Part shown: one piece after another, positions 1-7,535 of the stretch
How the letters are laid out: each line of letters opens with the position of its first letter
Position numbering within the stretch: the first letter of the stretch is position 1
Origin: a virus
Taxonomy: Duplodnaviria > Caudoviricetes
Direction: 5' to 3' (one strand)
DNA length: 61,460 nt
Virus record (IMG/VR): IMGVR_UViG_3300025674_000039
Location: 1-61,460 of that record
Notes under the pieces: model-generated
What the model was told of the DNA's origin: nothing
What the model saw: only the letters and a program-made list of their open reading frames with translations
Database searches by the model: none
Translations under genes and position numbers: made by a program

Positions 1-2
1 TC

Positions 3-311
3 AAGAATGACCTGTTCCCTGAATATAAATCATGGGATCAACTTACACCCAAGACCTTGGATGTTATCAATGATATTGTATCCAACCTTGTGTATGAGGT
101 AGAGCGTCAGTTCAAAGAGACACACCAGGAATACAAAACTGATGATGATGAGATCTTCATTCCTTATCGTAGTTTCAAAGAGAATGTAACAGAAGCACTC
201 AAAGAAGCAATGCCATGTGCTCTCGAAAAACACAATCAGGAAGTTCTTGCTAAACTTGAATGTCCTCCTTGTGATACACTACAATGTAGCGATCACTTGA
301 CTGACGAATAA
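3..311 (+). CDS. hypothetical protein, 5' truncated by the window edge
   Basis: The frame of the 57..311 ORF stays open to position 3 (KNDLFPEYKSWDQLTPKTLDVINDIV...). Confidence 0.7.
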   Translation, partial: KNDLFPEYKSWDQLTPKTLDVINDIVSNLVYEVERQFKETHQEYKTDDDEIFIPYRSFKENVTEALKEAMPCALEKHNQEVLAKLECPPCDTLQCSDHLTDE

Positions 312-407
312 ATTTTTTCATTCTCTATTTGAAAATCGACTTTTGTTTTCAAAAATACCGGAAAAAAAATCCGGCAAAATTTTTGACTCTCAGGGTCGCA
401 TGTGAAG

Positions 408-433
408 AATAGGGTCTTCGGACCCTATTTTTT
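408..433 (+). terminator. rho-independent terminator with cUUCGg tetraloop
   Basis: AATAGGGTC-TTCG-GACCCTATT followed by a T run; T4-type UUCG hairpin. Confidence 0.85.
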
Positions 434-464
434 ATGATATAGATATTTCTAAAAGATTTAAAGC

Positions 465-773
465 ATGATTACCTCAGAAACTCCATATAAAATGGTAGAA
501 ATAATTCATGATACTTGGCCACAATTATTTCGTCCTGGGGTAAATAGTAGTAAAAACACGATAGTGTACAAACAGGAACGTCTAAACATAAAAAATGAAG
601 AATGTTCAAAACTTTGGCATGAATGGTTTGAATTGTTTAATGAAAATGAGACAAGACATACAGAAGAGATGAGCAGGAGAAGAAAGGTTTGGTGCAAATG
701 CTGTGATGAGTTTAGTGCCATGATTCATGAGGAATACCTGAAGATGGTTGAAAAACATGGCAAAATGATGTAA
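465..773 (+). CDS. hypothetical cyanophage protein
   Basis: 102-aa ORF filling the space between the terminator and talC. Confidence 0.6.
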   Translation: MITSETPYKMVEIIHDTWPQLFRPGVNSSKNTIVYKQERLNIKNEECSKLWHEWFELFNENETRHTEEMSRRRKVWCKCCDEFSAMIHEEYLKMVEKHGKMM

Positions 774-799
774 TATATAACGGTAGTCATATTAAAAAG

Positions 800-1459
800 A
801 TGAAAATTTTCCTTGATACGGCAGACCTAGACGAAATTAAAAAAGCAGCACGTACTGGTCTGGTTGATGGAGTCACGACTAATCCTACGCTGATTAAGCG
901 CAGTGGAAGGACTCTCCCTGATGTTGCTCAAGAACTGACTACCAAGTATCCACAGTTTGAAAGCGTTTCTTGTGAAGTGGTTGCAGATACCGCTGAAGAA
1001 ATGATCGAGCAAGCACAGCAGTTTATTGCACTGGGTAGTGAAGCAATCACTATTAAAGTTCCTTGCACTGTAGAAGGATTGATTGCATGTAAATCACTCT
1101 CTGTTCTTGGAATTAAAACAAATGTAACTCTTGTGTTCTCTGTGGCACAAGCAATCATGGCAGCGAAAGCAGGTGCTACATACATCTCACCTTTTGTTGG
1201 ACGTTGTAATGACAATTCTTTCAGTGGTGTAGAACTGGTCCGTGCTATTGCTGGAACTCTTGCTGCTCATGGAAGTGAAACTCAAGTGCTCGCAGCATCT
1301 CTTCGTGATTGCCATCATGTTTCTAGATGCTATCTGTATGGTGCAAAGGTCGTTACAATGCCTCCTAAGGTCTTCTGGGCAATGTATGAGCATGTTCTTA
1401 CCCGTGAAGGTTTGGCGCTCTTCCAGGCGGACTGGGATGCTGCTAAGGAGCAATCCTGA
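800..1459 (+). CDS. talC: transaldolase (TalC/FSA family), auxiliary metabolic gene
   Basis: MKIFLDTAD, GVTTNPTLI, IKVP (Schiff-base Lys), NVTLVFS, YISPFVGR, LAASLR; 219 aa. Confidence 0.97.
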   Translation: MKIFLDTADLDEIKKAARTGLVDGVTTNPTLIKRSGRTLPDVAQELTTKYPQFESVSCEVVADTAEEMIEQAQQFIALGSEAITIKVPCTVEGLIACKSLSVLGIKTNVTLVFSVAQAIMAAKAGATYISPFVGRCNDNSFSGVELVRAIAGTLAAHGSETQVLAASLRDCHHVSRCYLYGAKVVTMPPKVFWAMYEHVLTREGLALFQADWDAAKEQS

Positions 1460-1463
1460 ACTG

Positions 1464-1471
1464 TATAAATA
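1464..1471 (+). promoter_or_regulatory. T4-type late promoter
   Basis: TATAAATA 26 nt upstream of the ATG at 1498. Confidence 0.75.
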
Positions 1472-1497
1472 AAAATAACAGTTGATTCAGATCTTTA

Positions 1498-1839
1498 ATG
1501 GATTACTCTCAGTTATCTGAACAAGAGAAGATTGAAATGTTCAATCTTCGTAAAGCTGATCATCCTATCTCTAGACATACTTTTAAAGTAGAGATTCGTC
1601 CTGGAGTAATCCATTATAACACTATTGAGATTGGTAAAAAGTACAGAATCAATAGACCTGGATTAAAAGCGGCGCATAATAGAGAAGTTCAGATAATAGA
1701 TTTCGCATATAAAAAGAAAGAAGGTGGTAAGGACGCAGTTTACGACGACGCTATTCCGTTAGGAGTCGTCGTAAAATTCACAGATAGAAATGTGAAAGGT
1801 TCTTATTATGACATGCTTGATCTAGTAGAAGTTAACTAA
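1498..1839 (+). CDS. hypothetical protein
   Basis: 113-aa ORF after a late promoter; no family recognised. Confidence 0.7.
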   Translation: MDYSQLSEQEKIEMFNLRKADHPISRHTFKVEIRPGVIHYNTIEIGKKYRINRPGLKAAHNREVQIIDFAYKKKEGGKDAVYDDAIPLGVVVKFTDRNVKGSYYDMLDLVEVN

Positions 1840-1847
1840 GAGAGTTT

Positions 1848-2222
1848 ATGCCATTTTACAAGTCTTTCCGGGATTATTTGTATAACTTACATGCATCTAA
1901 TTCAGGAGAAGCGCGGAGGATGTGGAAAGCATCTATTAAAGAAAAGTGGAATCACAAATGTGCATATTGTGGTTCAGATAAAGAAATCACAATCGACCAT
2001 ATAGTTCCTCAAGCATTAGGAGGAATTGATTTTTCCCCAAATGTTGTTGCTTGTTGTAGATCTTGTAATCACGACAAGGGACACGAAGATTGGAAAGATT
2101 GGTACAAAAGACAACCATTTTTCGATCCAAAACGTATGCATGACATTGTTGAGTGGATGAAACCACACAAAGAAAAAAACTCTTTACACAAATATCGTCC
2201 AAGAAAAACAAAAGTTTATTGA
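1848..2222 (+). CDS. HNH endonuclease
   Basis: CAYCG...TIDHIVPQALGG...NVVACCRSCNHDKG. Confidence 0.9.
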   Translation: MPFYKSFRDYLYNLHASNSGEARRMWKASIKEKWNHKCAYCGSDKEITIDHIVPQALGGIDFSPNVVACCRSCNHDKGHEDWKDWYKRQPFFDPKRMHDIVEWMKPHKEKNSLHKYRPRKTKVY

Positions 2223-2224
2223 TT

Positions 2225-2464
2225 ATGGATTTCATTGTTTATTCGAAGGAAAAGTGCCCTTATTGCTATAAGATTGAGCAAGTCCTTCAACTGACCGGTA
2301 AAAAATTTGTGATCTACAAATTAGATAGAGATTTCGATAGAACCGAGTTCATTGAAAAGTTCGGAGAGGGATCTACTTTTCCTCAAGTTTTGTATAATGA
2401 CCAGAAATTGGGAGGTTGCATTGACACAATCAAATTCCTCAAACAACAAAGAATCGGAATCTAA
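2225..2464 (+). CDS. nrdC: glutaredoxin
   Basis: CPYC active site, TFPQV, LGGC; start moved to ATG 2225, just after the HNH stop. Confidence 0.92.
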   Translation: MDFIVYSKEKCPYCYKIEQVLQLTGKKFVIYKLDRDFDRTEFIEKFGEGSTFPQVLYNDQKLGGCIDTIKFLKQQRIGI

Positions 2465-2636
2465 CCTAAATAATATTACTGAAAGATCAAATCGTGGTGT
2501 AGATCTAATACTTAACGGAGGTAAAAAAAAGCAAGCACACCCACTCGACTTTAGATTTGAGCAGATAGTTTGCTTTTTTAAGAGAGAAGTGACTATCGCA
2601 TTCCAATTTTCATTGGACATTAAGAAAAAACGATAG
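2352..2636 (+). CDS. hypothetical protein (true start uncertain, probably after 2464)
   Basis: Open frame covers the gap 2465-2636. Confidence 0.4.
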   Translation: MKSSERDLLFLKFCIMTRNWEVALTQSNSSNNKESESNLNNITERSNRGVDLILNGGKKKQAHPLDFRFEQIVCFFKREVTIAFQFSLDIKKKR

Positions 2637-2653
2637 TTTTAGGAGAAAGACCC

Positions 2654-2887
2654 ATGGTAGCAGTAAGTTTAGTTTTCGGTTCATTTTTAACCGTACTGTT
2701 CCTTGTAGTTGGATTAATTGGTGGTTGGTGTGTGAGAGAATATATGCTAAAATATCAAGACAGACCCTCGTTACATCCAGAATTTTTTGATGAGCATGGG
2801 AATGTCTTACCGGATGAGATAGTTGCTTTGTCTATTTCGCAAGATTTCTTCTCCGACGAAGAATATGATGATGAAGACGAAAACTGA
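2654..2887 (+). CDS. small membrane protein
   Basis: AGGAG SD; one TM helix followed by HPEFFDEHGN and an acidic tail. Confidence 0.8.
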   Translation: MVAVSLVFGSFLTVLFLVVGLIGGWCVREYMLKYQDRPSLHPEFFDEHGNVLPDEIVALSISQDFFSDEEYDDEDEN

Positions 2888-2925
2888 CATCTAAATACTA
2901 ACATCGCTATTCATTGTAAAAGAAT

Positions 2926-3495
2926 ATGACATCGACAAAGAAAAAAGCAGCAACAAAACCAATTCCAGATCTTCCTCCAAATCCTTTTGTATTTGAAATT
3001 CTGGAATTGGCATCAAAACAGAGAAGTGTTGCTAAAAAAGTTGAAGTTCTCAAAAAGTACGAGCATCCTTGCCTTAAATCAATTTTCATCTGGAACTTTG
3101 ATGATAGTATTTTAAGCGAACTCCCTGAGGGTGATGTTCCTTATGCTGCAGTCGATGAGCAAGATTCTTTCAAAGGAACATTAACTGAAAAGATTGATTC
3201 TATGGTTGGGTCCATGGAAGAACTTAATTCAAAATCTCTTGGATCACAAGATCAGGGTAAATCTTCTATTCGTAAAGAATACCAAAAGTTTTTTAACTTT
3301 ATCAAAGGCGGTAATCCATCTCTCAGTGGTCTTCGTAGAGAGACAATGTTTATCAACATTCTGCAAGGTCTTCATCCTCTCGAAGCACAGATTATCTGTC
3401 TAGTAAAAGATAAAAATCTTACTAATAAGTACAAAATTAGTAAGCAGGTAGTTTCCGATGCATATCCTGATATTATGTGGGGAAACCGGTCCTGA
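2926..3495 (+). CDS. conserved T4-like phage hypothetical protein
   Basis: LPEGDVPY and RRETMFINILQGLHPLEA motifs; late-type CTAAATA at 2891. Confidence 0.8.
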   Translation: MTSTKKKAATKPIPDLPPNPFVFEILELASKQRSVAKKVEVLKKYEHPCLKSIFIWNFDDSILSELPEGDVPYAAVDEQDSFKGTLTEKIDSMVGSMEELNSKSLGSQDQGKSSIRKEYQKFFNFIKGGNPSLSGLRRETMFINILQGLHPLEAQIICLVKDKNLTNKYKISKQVVSDAYPDIMWGNRS

Positions 3496-3519
3496 AGTTG
3501 TAAATTAATTTTTTTCGAT

Positions 3520-3870
3520 ATGGCAAATGCAGTTGAAACTCTAGAAAAAACAGAGCAGATTCAAATGGAACACTGGACTCAATTAGAAAGAGATGAATCT
3601 CCCAAAAGGTACGGATGCACTATCATGATTTCTAATGGGTCTTGGGAACAAGTTTGTACGACTGATGCACCATATGATGCAAAAATCGTTACATACTATG
3701 TTGACGGTCAAAAATGCCATGATTTGACTAGAAGTCAGAAAGAAGTACGTATCTTTGATATGTACTATGATAAGTTTGGTAAGAATCTCAAAAGCATTGA
3801 ATTTGGTTATGGTAAGGCAAATCCAAAGACCTGGGGATACGAAGCGCCAAAGGATAAAAAGAAGAAATAA
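3520..3870 (+). CDS. hypothetical cyanophage protein
   Basis: 116-aa ORF (IFDMYYDKFG...GYGKANPKTWG). Confidence 0.75.
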   Translation: MANAVETLEKTEQIQMEHWTQLERDESPKRYGCTIMISNGSWEQVCTTDAPYDAKIVTYYVDGQKCHDLTRSQKEVRIFDMYYDKFGKNLKSIEFGYGKANPKTWGYEAPKDKKKK

Positions 3871-3880
3871 ATCTTAAAAT

Positions 3881-3896
3881 TGTATCATAAGTTACA
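3881..3896. promoter_or_regulatory. NtcA-type binding site
   Basis: TGTA-TCATAAGT-TACA, a perfect GTA-N8-TAC with flanking T/A. Confidence 0.7.
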
Positions 3897-3903
3897 AAAC
3901 TAC

Positions 3904-3932
3904 TTGCATATATAGACCATAGGAGTTATAAT
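3904..3932 (+). promoter_or_regulatory. sigma70-type promoter
   Basis: TTGCAT (3904-3909), 17 nt spacer, TATAAT (3927-3932); predicted TSS about 3939. Confidence 0.75.
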
Positions 3933-3951
3933 ACTCTAGTACGTTCATCTC

Positions 3952-4152
3952 ATGCTCAGTATCTTACTGGCATTGACCTTAGCCCATCATGCAGACGGCA
4001 GCCCCTACGGGTGGCATATGTCGTGTGAAAGGTTTTTACAAAAACGAATTGAAATCCTAATGGATGACAATTTAGATAGACGATCTAAATATAATCTGAT
4101 AGGTTATTTTAGATCTAAAGTAGAAGGTCAATGTAATCAGACATTGACATGA
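3952..4152 (+). CDS. small protein embedded in riboswitch-like unit 1 (hydrophobic N-terminus, 2 Cys)
   Basis: 66-aa ORF; ATG and TGA both lie in the P2 stem TCTCATG/CATGAGA. Confidence 0.7.
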   Translation: MLSILLALTLAHHADGSPYGWHMSCERFLQKRIEILMDDNLDRRSKYNLIGYFRSKVEGQCNQTLT

Positions 4153-4187
4153 GACGCAAGTAAGTCGCGGAACGGAGCGTTCATCCC

Positions 4188-4349
4188 ATGATTGATCTTT
4201 TACTCTATGTCTCTATTGCCTGTCAAGATGCTGCCGATATGATCGGTCGTGTCAAGGCAAATGAATCCATGAGTAAAATTGTCAGAGCAGAGATTGTTGA
4301 AACTTTAAAAGAAGCAACACCTCAGTGTAAGTGGGACGCAAACGACTGA
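4188..4349 (+). CDS. small protein embedded in riboswitch-like unit 2 (53 aa, 2 Cys)
   Basis: Hand translation MIDLLLYVSIACQDAADMIGRVKANESMSKIVRAEIVETLKEATPQCKWDAND; GGAG at 4174-4177. Confidence 0.7.
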   Translation: MIDLLLYVSIACQDAADMIGRVKANESMSKIVRAEIVETLKEATPQCKWDAND

Positions 4350-4417
4350 AGGAACGGGGAAACGGATCCTGCGAAAGCAGAGAAGGTTAACTTTCCATTC
4401 TATTCAGGTAACGACAA

Positions 4418-4582
4418 ATGAACACACTTTCTTTAATCAAGAAGCAAATCGAAAAGCAAGCAGCTCTTCACGATGCTCAAATTATGATGACCACCTATCG
4501 TGGCGTCAAGTATGAGTGTCAGCAAGGAACTGATGAAGTGCATGGCACTTTCTGCTATCGCGGTCGTACTTACGTTAAGTGA
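4418..4582 (+). CDS. DUF4278 family protein (GifB/IF17-related)
   Basis: Hand translation MNTLSLIKKQIEKQAALHDAQIMMTTYRGVKYE...FCYRGRTYVK; two YRG motifs; AGGT SD. Confidence 0.8.
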   Translation: MNTLSLIKKQIEKQAALHDAQIMMTTYRGVKYECQQGTDEVHGTFCYRGRTYVK

Positions 4583-4589
4583 GGACGCC

Positions 4590-4685
4590 ATGCAAGCACT
4601 ACAAGTAGCAACATCAGTTTCTGTTTTAAGTATCGCTTTTCTAGGTATTCTTTACGGTGAATTAAACTTCTTATACAAGAGGTGA
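4590..4685 (+). CDS. 31-aa membrane peptide
   Basis: GAGG SD; MQALQVATSVSVLSIAFLGILYGELNFLYKR. Confidence 0.6.
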   Translation: MQALQVATSVSVLSIAFLGILYGELNFLYKR

Positions 4686-4688
4686 GAC

Positions 4689-4844
4689 ATGCTCAAAATC
4701 AAGATCTCATATGATCTTCCTGAGTATGATTCCGTGAAACATGATCCAGAAAAAGTATTTGCTTTTTTAACATATCGTGGAATTAATTATGCAAAATTGG
4801 TAAATCTCAAATCAAGGTCAATTTTGTCTCCACGAATTAAATGA
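4689..4844 (+). CDS. second YRG-motif (DUF4278-like) small protein
   Basis: Hand translation MLKIKISYDLPEYDSVKHDPEKVFAFLTYRGINYAK... (51 aa); GAGG SD. Confidence 0.65.
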   Translation: MLKIKISYDLPEYDSVKHDPEKVFAFLTYRGINYAKLVNLKSRSILSPRIK

Positions 4845-4868
4845 AGGGGTTGTACCCCTTCTTTTTTT
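4843..4868 (+). terminator. rho-independent terminator overlapping the next promoter
   Basis: GAAGGGGT-TGT-ACCCCTTC-T7; overlaps TTGTAC(4850)-17-TATGAT(4873) with an extended TG. Confidence 0.8.
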
Positions 4869-4898
4869 ATGCTATGATGGTGGAAACGTATCAAGGTC

Positions 4899-5069
4899 AT
4901 GGAGAGAGAACGACTTAAACTAATCGTAAGAAATCTAGAACTCCTTGTAGAATCTCTGAAGGTGGAGGTTTACTCTGATCCTAATTCTTACATTGATAAA
5001 AGAGAGAACTTTGATGATCCGCTAGAATATCAAGTTCAGTACGACGACGATGATGGTTATCCTGATTGA
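4899..5069 (+). CDS. hypothetical protein (56 aa)
   Basis: Hand translation MERERLKLIVRNLELLVESLKVEVYSD...DDDDGYPD. Confidence 0.75.
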   Translation: MERERLKLIVRNLELLVESLKVEVYSDPNSYIDKRENFDDPLEYQVQYDDDDGYPD

Positions 5070-5071
5070 AA

Positions 5072-5233
5072 ATGAGTAGAGCAAAAGATCTTATTAAGTT
5101 GCTTGAGCGTTTGATCAAGCAAGATCATCTTTATGATGCCGAAAGAATCAAAGAGATGAAAGCGCAACTTCGTGCTGTTAAAGAACAGGTCGAAGAAATG
5201 GAAAGGAACAATTCTAAAGGATTTGGTAAATGA
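5072..5233 (+). CDS. hypothetical coiled-coil protein (53 aa)
   Basis: Hand translation MSRAKDLIKLLERLIKQDHLY...SKGFGK; ATGA overlap with thyX. Confidence 0.75.
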   Translation: MSRAKDLIKLLERLIKQDHLYDAERIKEMKAQLRAVKEQVEEMERNNSKGFGK

Positions 5234-5883
5234 ACGTAAAACTGATCAGTGTAACTCCGGATGCGGAGAAGACCATGGCATATATTGCCCGCGTTTCAAA
5301 TCCAAATAATCAGGAAAACCCCAACTATGCTAAACTGTTGGGTTATTGTATCAAGCACAACCACTGGTCTGTGTTTGAACAGAGTTTTATGACTCTGGAG
5401 ATTGAAACGACACGTGGTCTGGCAGCTCAGATTTTGCGTCACCGTTCGTTTACATATCAAGAGTTTTCTCAACGCTATGCTGATTCTTCCTTACTCTCAG
5501 AGACGATCCCGCTCCCAGAACTTCGCCGTCAGGATACCAAGAATCGTCAGAATTCTATTGACGACATTGATCCTTTCGTCAAGCAGGAGTTCGAGATCAA
5601 AATGAGGAAGCATTTTGATGAAGCAATGGTTCTTTATCAATCAATGCTTGATATAGGTGTAGCAAAAGAGTGTGCTCGCTTTGTGCTTCCTCTGGCAACT
5701 CCTACTCGCTTGTATATGAGTGGTTCCTGCCGTTCTTGGATTCATTATATCGCACTCCGAGAAAAATCAGGAACTCAAAAAGAGCATATGGATATTGCCA
5801 AAGAATGTAAAAAAATCTTTGTAGAGCAGTTTCCAACTTGTGCCGAAGCACTTGGAGGTTTAGATGTAGATTGGGTATTGTAA
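5230..5883 (+). CDS. thyX: flavin-dependent thymidylate synthase
   Basis: HWSVFEQ; RHRSFTYQEFSQRY (RHRx7S signature); AKECARFVLP. Confidence 0.97.
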   Translation: MNVKLISVTPDAEKTMAYIARVSNPNNQENPNYAKLLGYCIKHNHWSVFEQSFMTLEIETTRGLAAQILRHRSFTYQEFSQRYADSSLLSETIPLPELRRQDTKNRQNSIDDIDPFVKQEFEIKMRKHFDEAMVLYQSMLDIGVAKECARFVLPLATPTRLYMSGSCRSWIHYIALREKSGTQKEHMDIAKECKKIFVEQFPTCAEALGGLDVDWVL

Positions 5884-5894
5884 TGTAGTGAATG

Positions 5895-5902
5895 TATAAA
5901 TA
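5895..5902 (+). promoter_or_regulatory. late promoter of the endonuclease gene
   Basis: TATAAATA. Confidence 0.75.
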
Positions 5903-5923
5903 GATATAGTGTATGTTATATCT

Positions 5924-6490
5924 ATGAAAGCAATAACACTTAATGAGGGACAAAAATTTAATAGGTGGGAAGTTATAAGTTCTTCCCCCACAATTCAATA
6001 TTTTGGAACAAGTAACCGTCCTGTTAGATGTTTTCTATGTAAATGTGAATGTGGAGTAGAAAAATTAGTTAGAGGTGATTATCTAACACGAGGAACAAGT
6101 AAAAGTTGTGGTTGTCTTAGATCTGATAGAGCTAAGGAAACTGGAAGAAAACAAAAAACAATAGAATCTTACCACAATAAAATTTATGGTGATTGTAAAA
6201 GATCTGCTAAACACAGAGGAAAGGAGTGGTCTTTAACAAAAAAGGAACACTTTGACATTGTTACAAAACCTTGTTATTATTGTGGAGAACCTCCAATTTT
6301 AAGAGAAAGTAATGTTGGTATTCCATTCTCACATTGGGGGATAGACAGACAAGATAATAGTATTGGATATACTCCTAACAATTCAGTATCTTGCTGTCAT
6401 ATATGTAATACCATGAAAATGGATTTATCTCTAAATAAATTTTCTGAACACATAAAAAAACTCTCTAAAAGATCTTTAGAGTGGAACTAA
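5924..6490 (+). CDS. free-standing HNH-type homing endonuclease
   Basis: N-terminal CKCECG...SKSCGC Zn module; C-terminal CYYCG...GIDRQDNSIGYTPNNSVSCCHICNTMK; AT-rich; has its own late promoter. Confidence 0.85.
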   Translation: MKAITLNEGQKFNRWEVISSSPTIQYFGTSNRPVRCFLCKCECGVEKLVRGDYLTRGTSKSCGCLRSDRAKETGRKQKTIESYHNKIYGDCKRSAKHRGKEWSLTKKEHFDIVTKPCYYCGEPPILRESNVGIPFSHWGIDRQDNSIGYTPNNSVSCCHICNTMKMDLSLNKFSEHIKKLSKRSLEWN

Positions 6491-6521
6491 ATAGTAATGT
6501 GATTATATTGATTTCATAACA

Positions 6522-6770
6522 ATGGCAACATATCCTGTTATTAATAAAAACACTGGTGAACAAAAGGAAGTTAAGTTGAGTGTCCACGAATGGGATCAGT
6601 GGAAAGAAGACAATCCCGATTGGACACGCGACTGGTCTGACCCATCTACTTGCCCTTCTACTGGAGAAGTTGGTGAGTGGCGGGATAAACTAGTCAATAA
6701 AAATCCTGGATGGAATGAAGTTCTTGATAGAGCATCTAAAGCACCTGGTTCTAAAGTAAAAAAACTTTAA
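6522..6770 (+). CDS. conserved cyanophage hypothetical protein
   Basis: MATYPVINKNTGEQKE...GWNEVL; typical position upstream of phoH. Confidence 0.8.
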   Translation: MATYPVINKNTGEQKEVKLSVHEWDQWKEDNPDWTRDWSDPSTCPSTGEVGEWRDKLVNKNPGWNEVLDRASKAPGSKVKKL

Positions 6771-6779
6771 TTTAAATCT

Positions 6780-7535
6780 ATGGCAAGAAAGAAGAGAGGA
6801 CAAGACCAACAGATTGGAGTTGGACTTACGGCTAGACAACTTAAAAAGAAAAAACTTTACTCGACTGACTACCTTACAAATATCGAACCGATGACTCCGA
6901 ATCAGGAGCGAGTGTTCAATTCATATGCTGAAGGTAAACACATTGTTTCTTATGGTTGTGCTGGAACTGGAAAAACGTTTATTACTCTCTACAATGCCAT
7001 CAAAGACGTATTAAGTGACTACACACCATACGAAAAAATTTACTTGGTTCGTTCTCTTGTAGCAACTAGAGAGATTGGTTTCCTTCCTGGTACGCACGAA
7101 GACAAAGCAGACATTTACCAGATTCCTTACAAGAATATGGTGAAGTATATGTTTGAGTTCCCAGATGATGCTGATTTTGAAATGCTTTATGGAAATCTTA
7201 AGTCACAGGAAATCATTAAGTTCTGGAGCACATCATTCCTTCGTGGAACAACGCTTGATAATGCTATCATCATTGTTGATGAGTTTCAGAATCTCAATTT
7301 CCATGAGTTAGATTCTATTATCACCCGTGTTGGTGAAGATAGTAAGATCTGTTTCTGCGGAGATATTATGCAGTCCGATCTTCGTAAGGCAGATGAAAAG
7401 AATGGTATTGTAGATTTTATGTCAGTGTTGCAAAAAATGCCGTCTTTTGATATAATTGAATTTGGACTAGGTGATATTGTTCGTTCTGGTCTTGTTAAAG
7501 AGTATCTAGTTGCAAAAATTGAAGCAGGTATTTGA
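6780..7535 (+). CDS. phoH: PhoH family ATPase
   Basis: GCAGTGKT, EIGFLPG, SFLRGTTL, IIVDEFQN, TRVG, GDIMQSDL, IVRSGLV. Confidence 0.96.
   Translation: MARKKRGQDQQIGVGLTARQLKKKKLYSTDYLTNIEPMTPNQERVFNSYAEGKHIVSYGCAGTGKTFITLYNAIKDVLSDYTPYEKIYLVRSLVATREIGFLPGTHEDKADIYQIPYKNMVKYMFEFPDDADFEMLYGNLKSQEIIKFWSTSFLRGTTLDNAIIIVDEFQNLNFHELDSIITRVGEDSKICFCGDIMQSDLRKADEKNGIVDFMSVLQKMPSFDIIEFGLGDIVRSGLVKEYLVAKIEAGI

Larger units (their letters stand above)
3942..4356 (+). ncRNA. tandem glutamine-riboswitch-like (glnA motif) element with ORF-containing P2 loops
   Basis: Unit 1: CGTTCA(3942)...GACGCAAGTAAGTCGCGGAACG(4174). Unit 2: CGTTCA(4178)...GACGCAAACGACTGAAGGAACG(4356). P1 is CGTTC/GAACG in both. Lies upstream of a DUF4278 gene. 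Confidence 0.7.

Noticed and set aside
4500-4589. N-terminal part of the 61-aa ORF in the supplied track
   Set aside because: Overlaps the DUF4278 gene; the SD-supported start is at 4590
5884-6490. Group I intron in thyX
   Set aside because: thyX is complete with its own stop, and there is too little non-coding flank for an intron core
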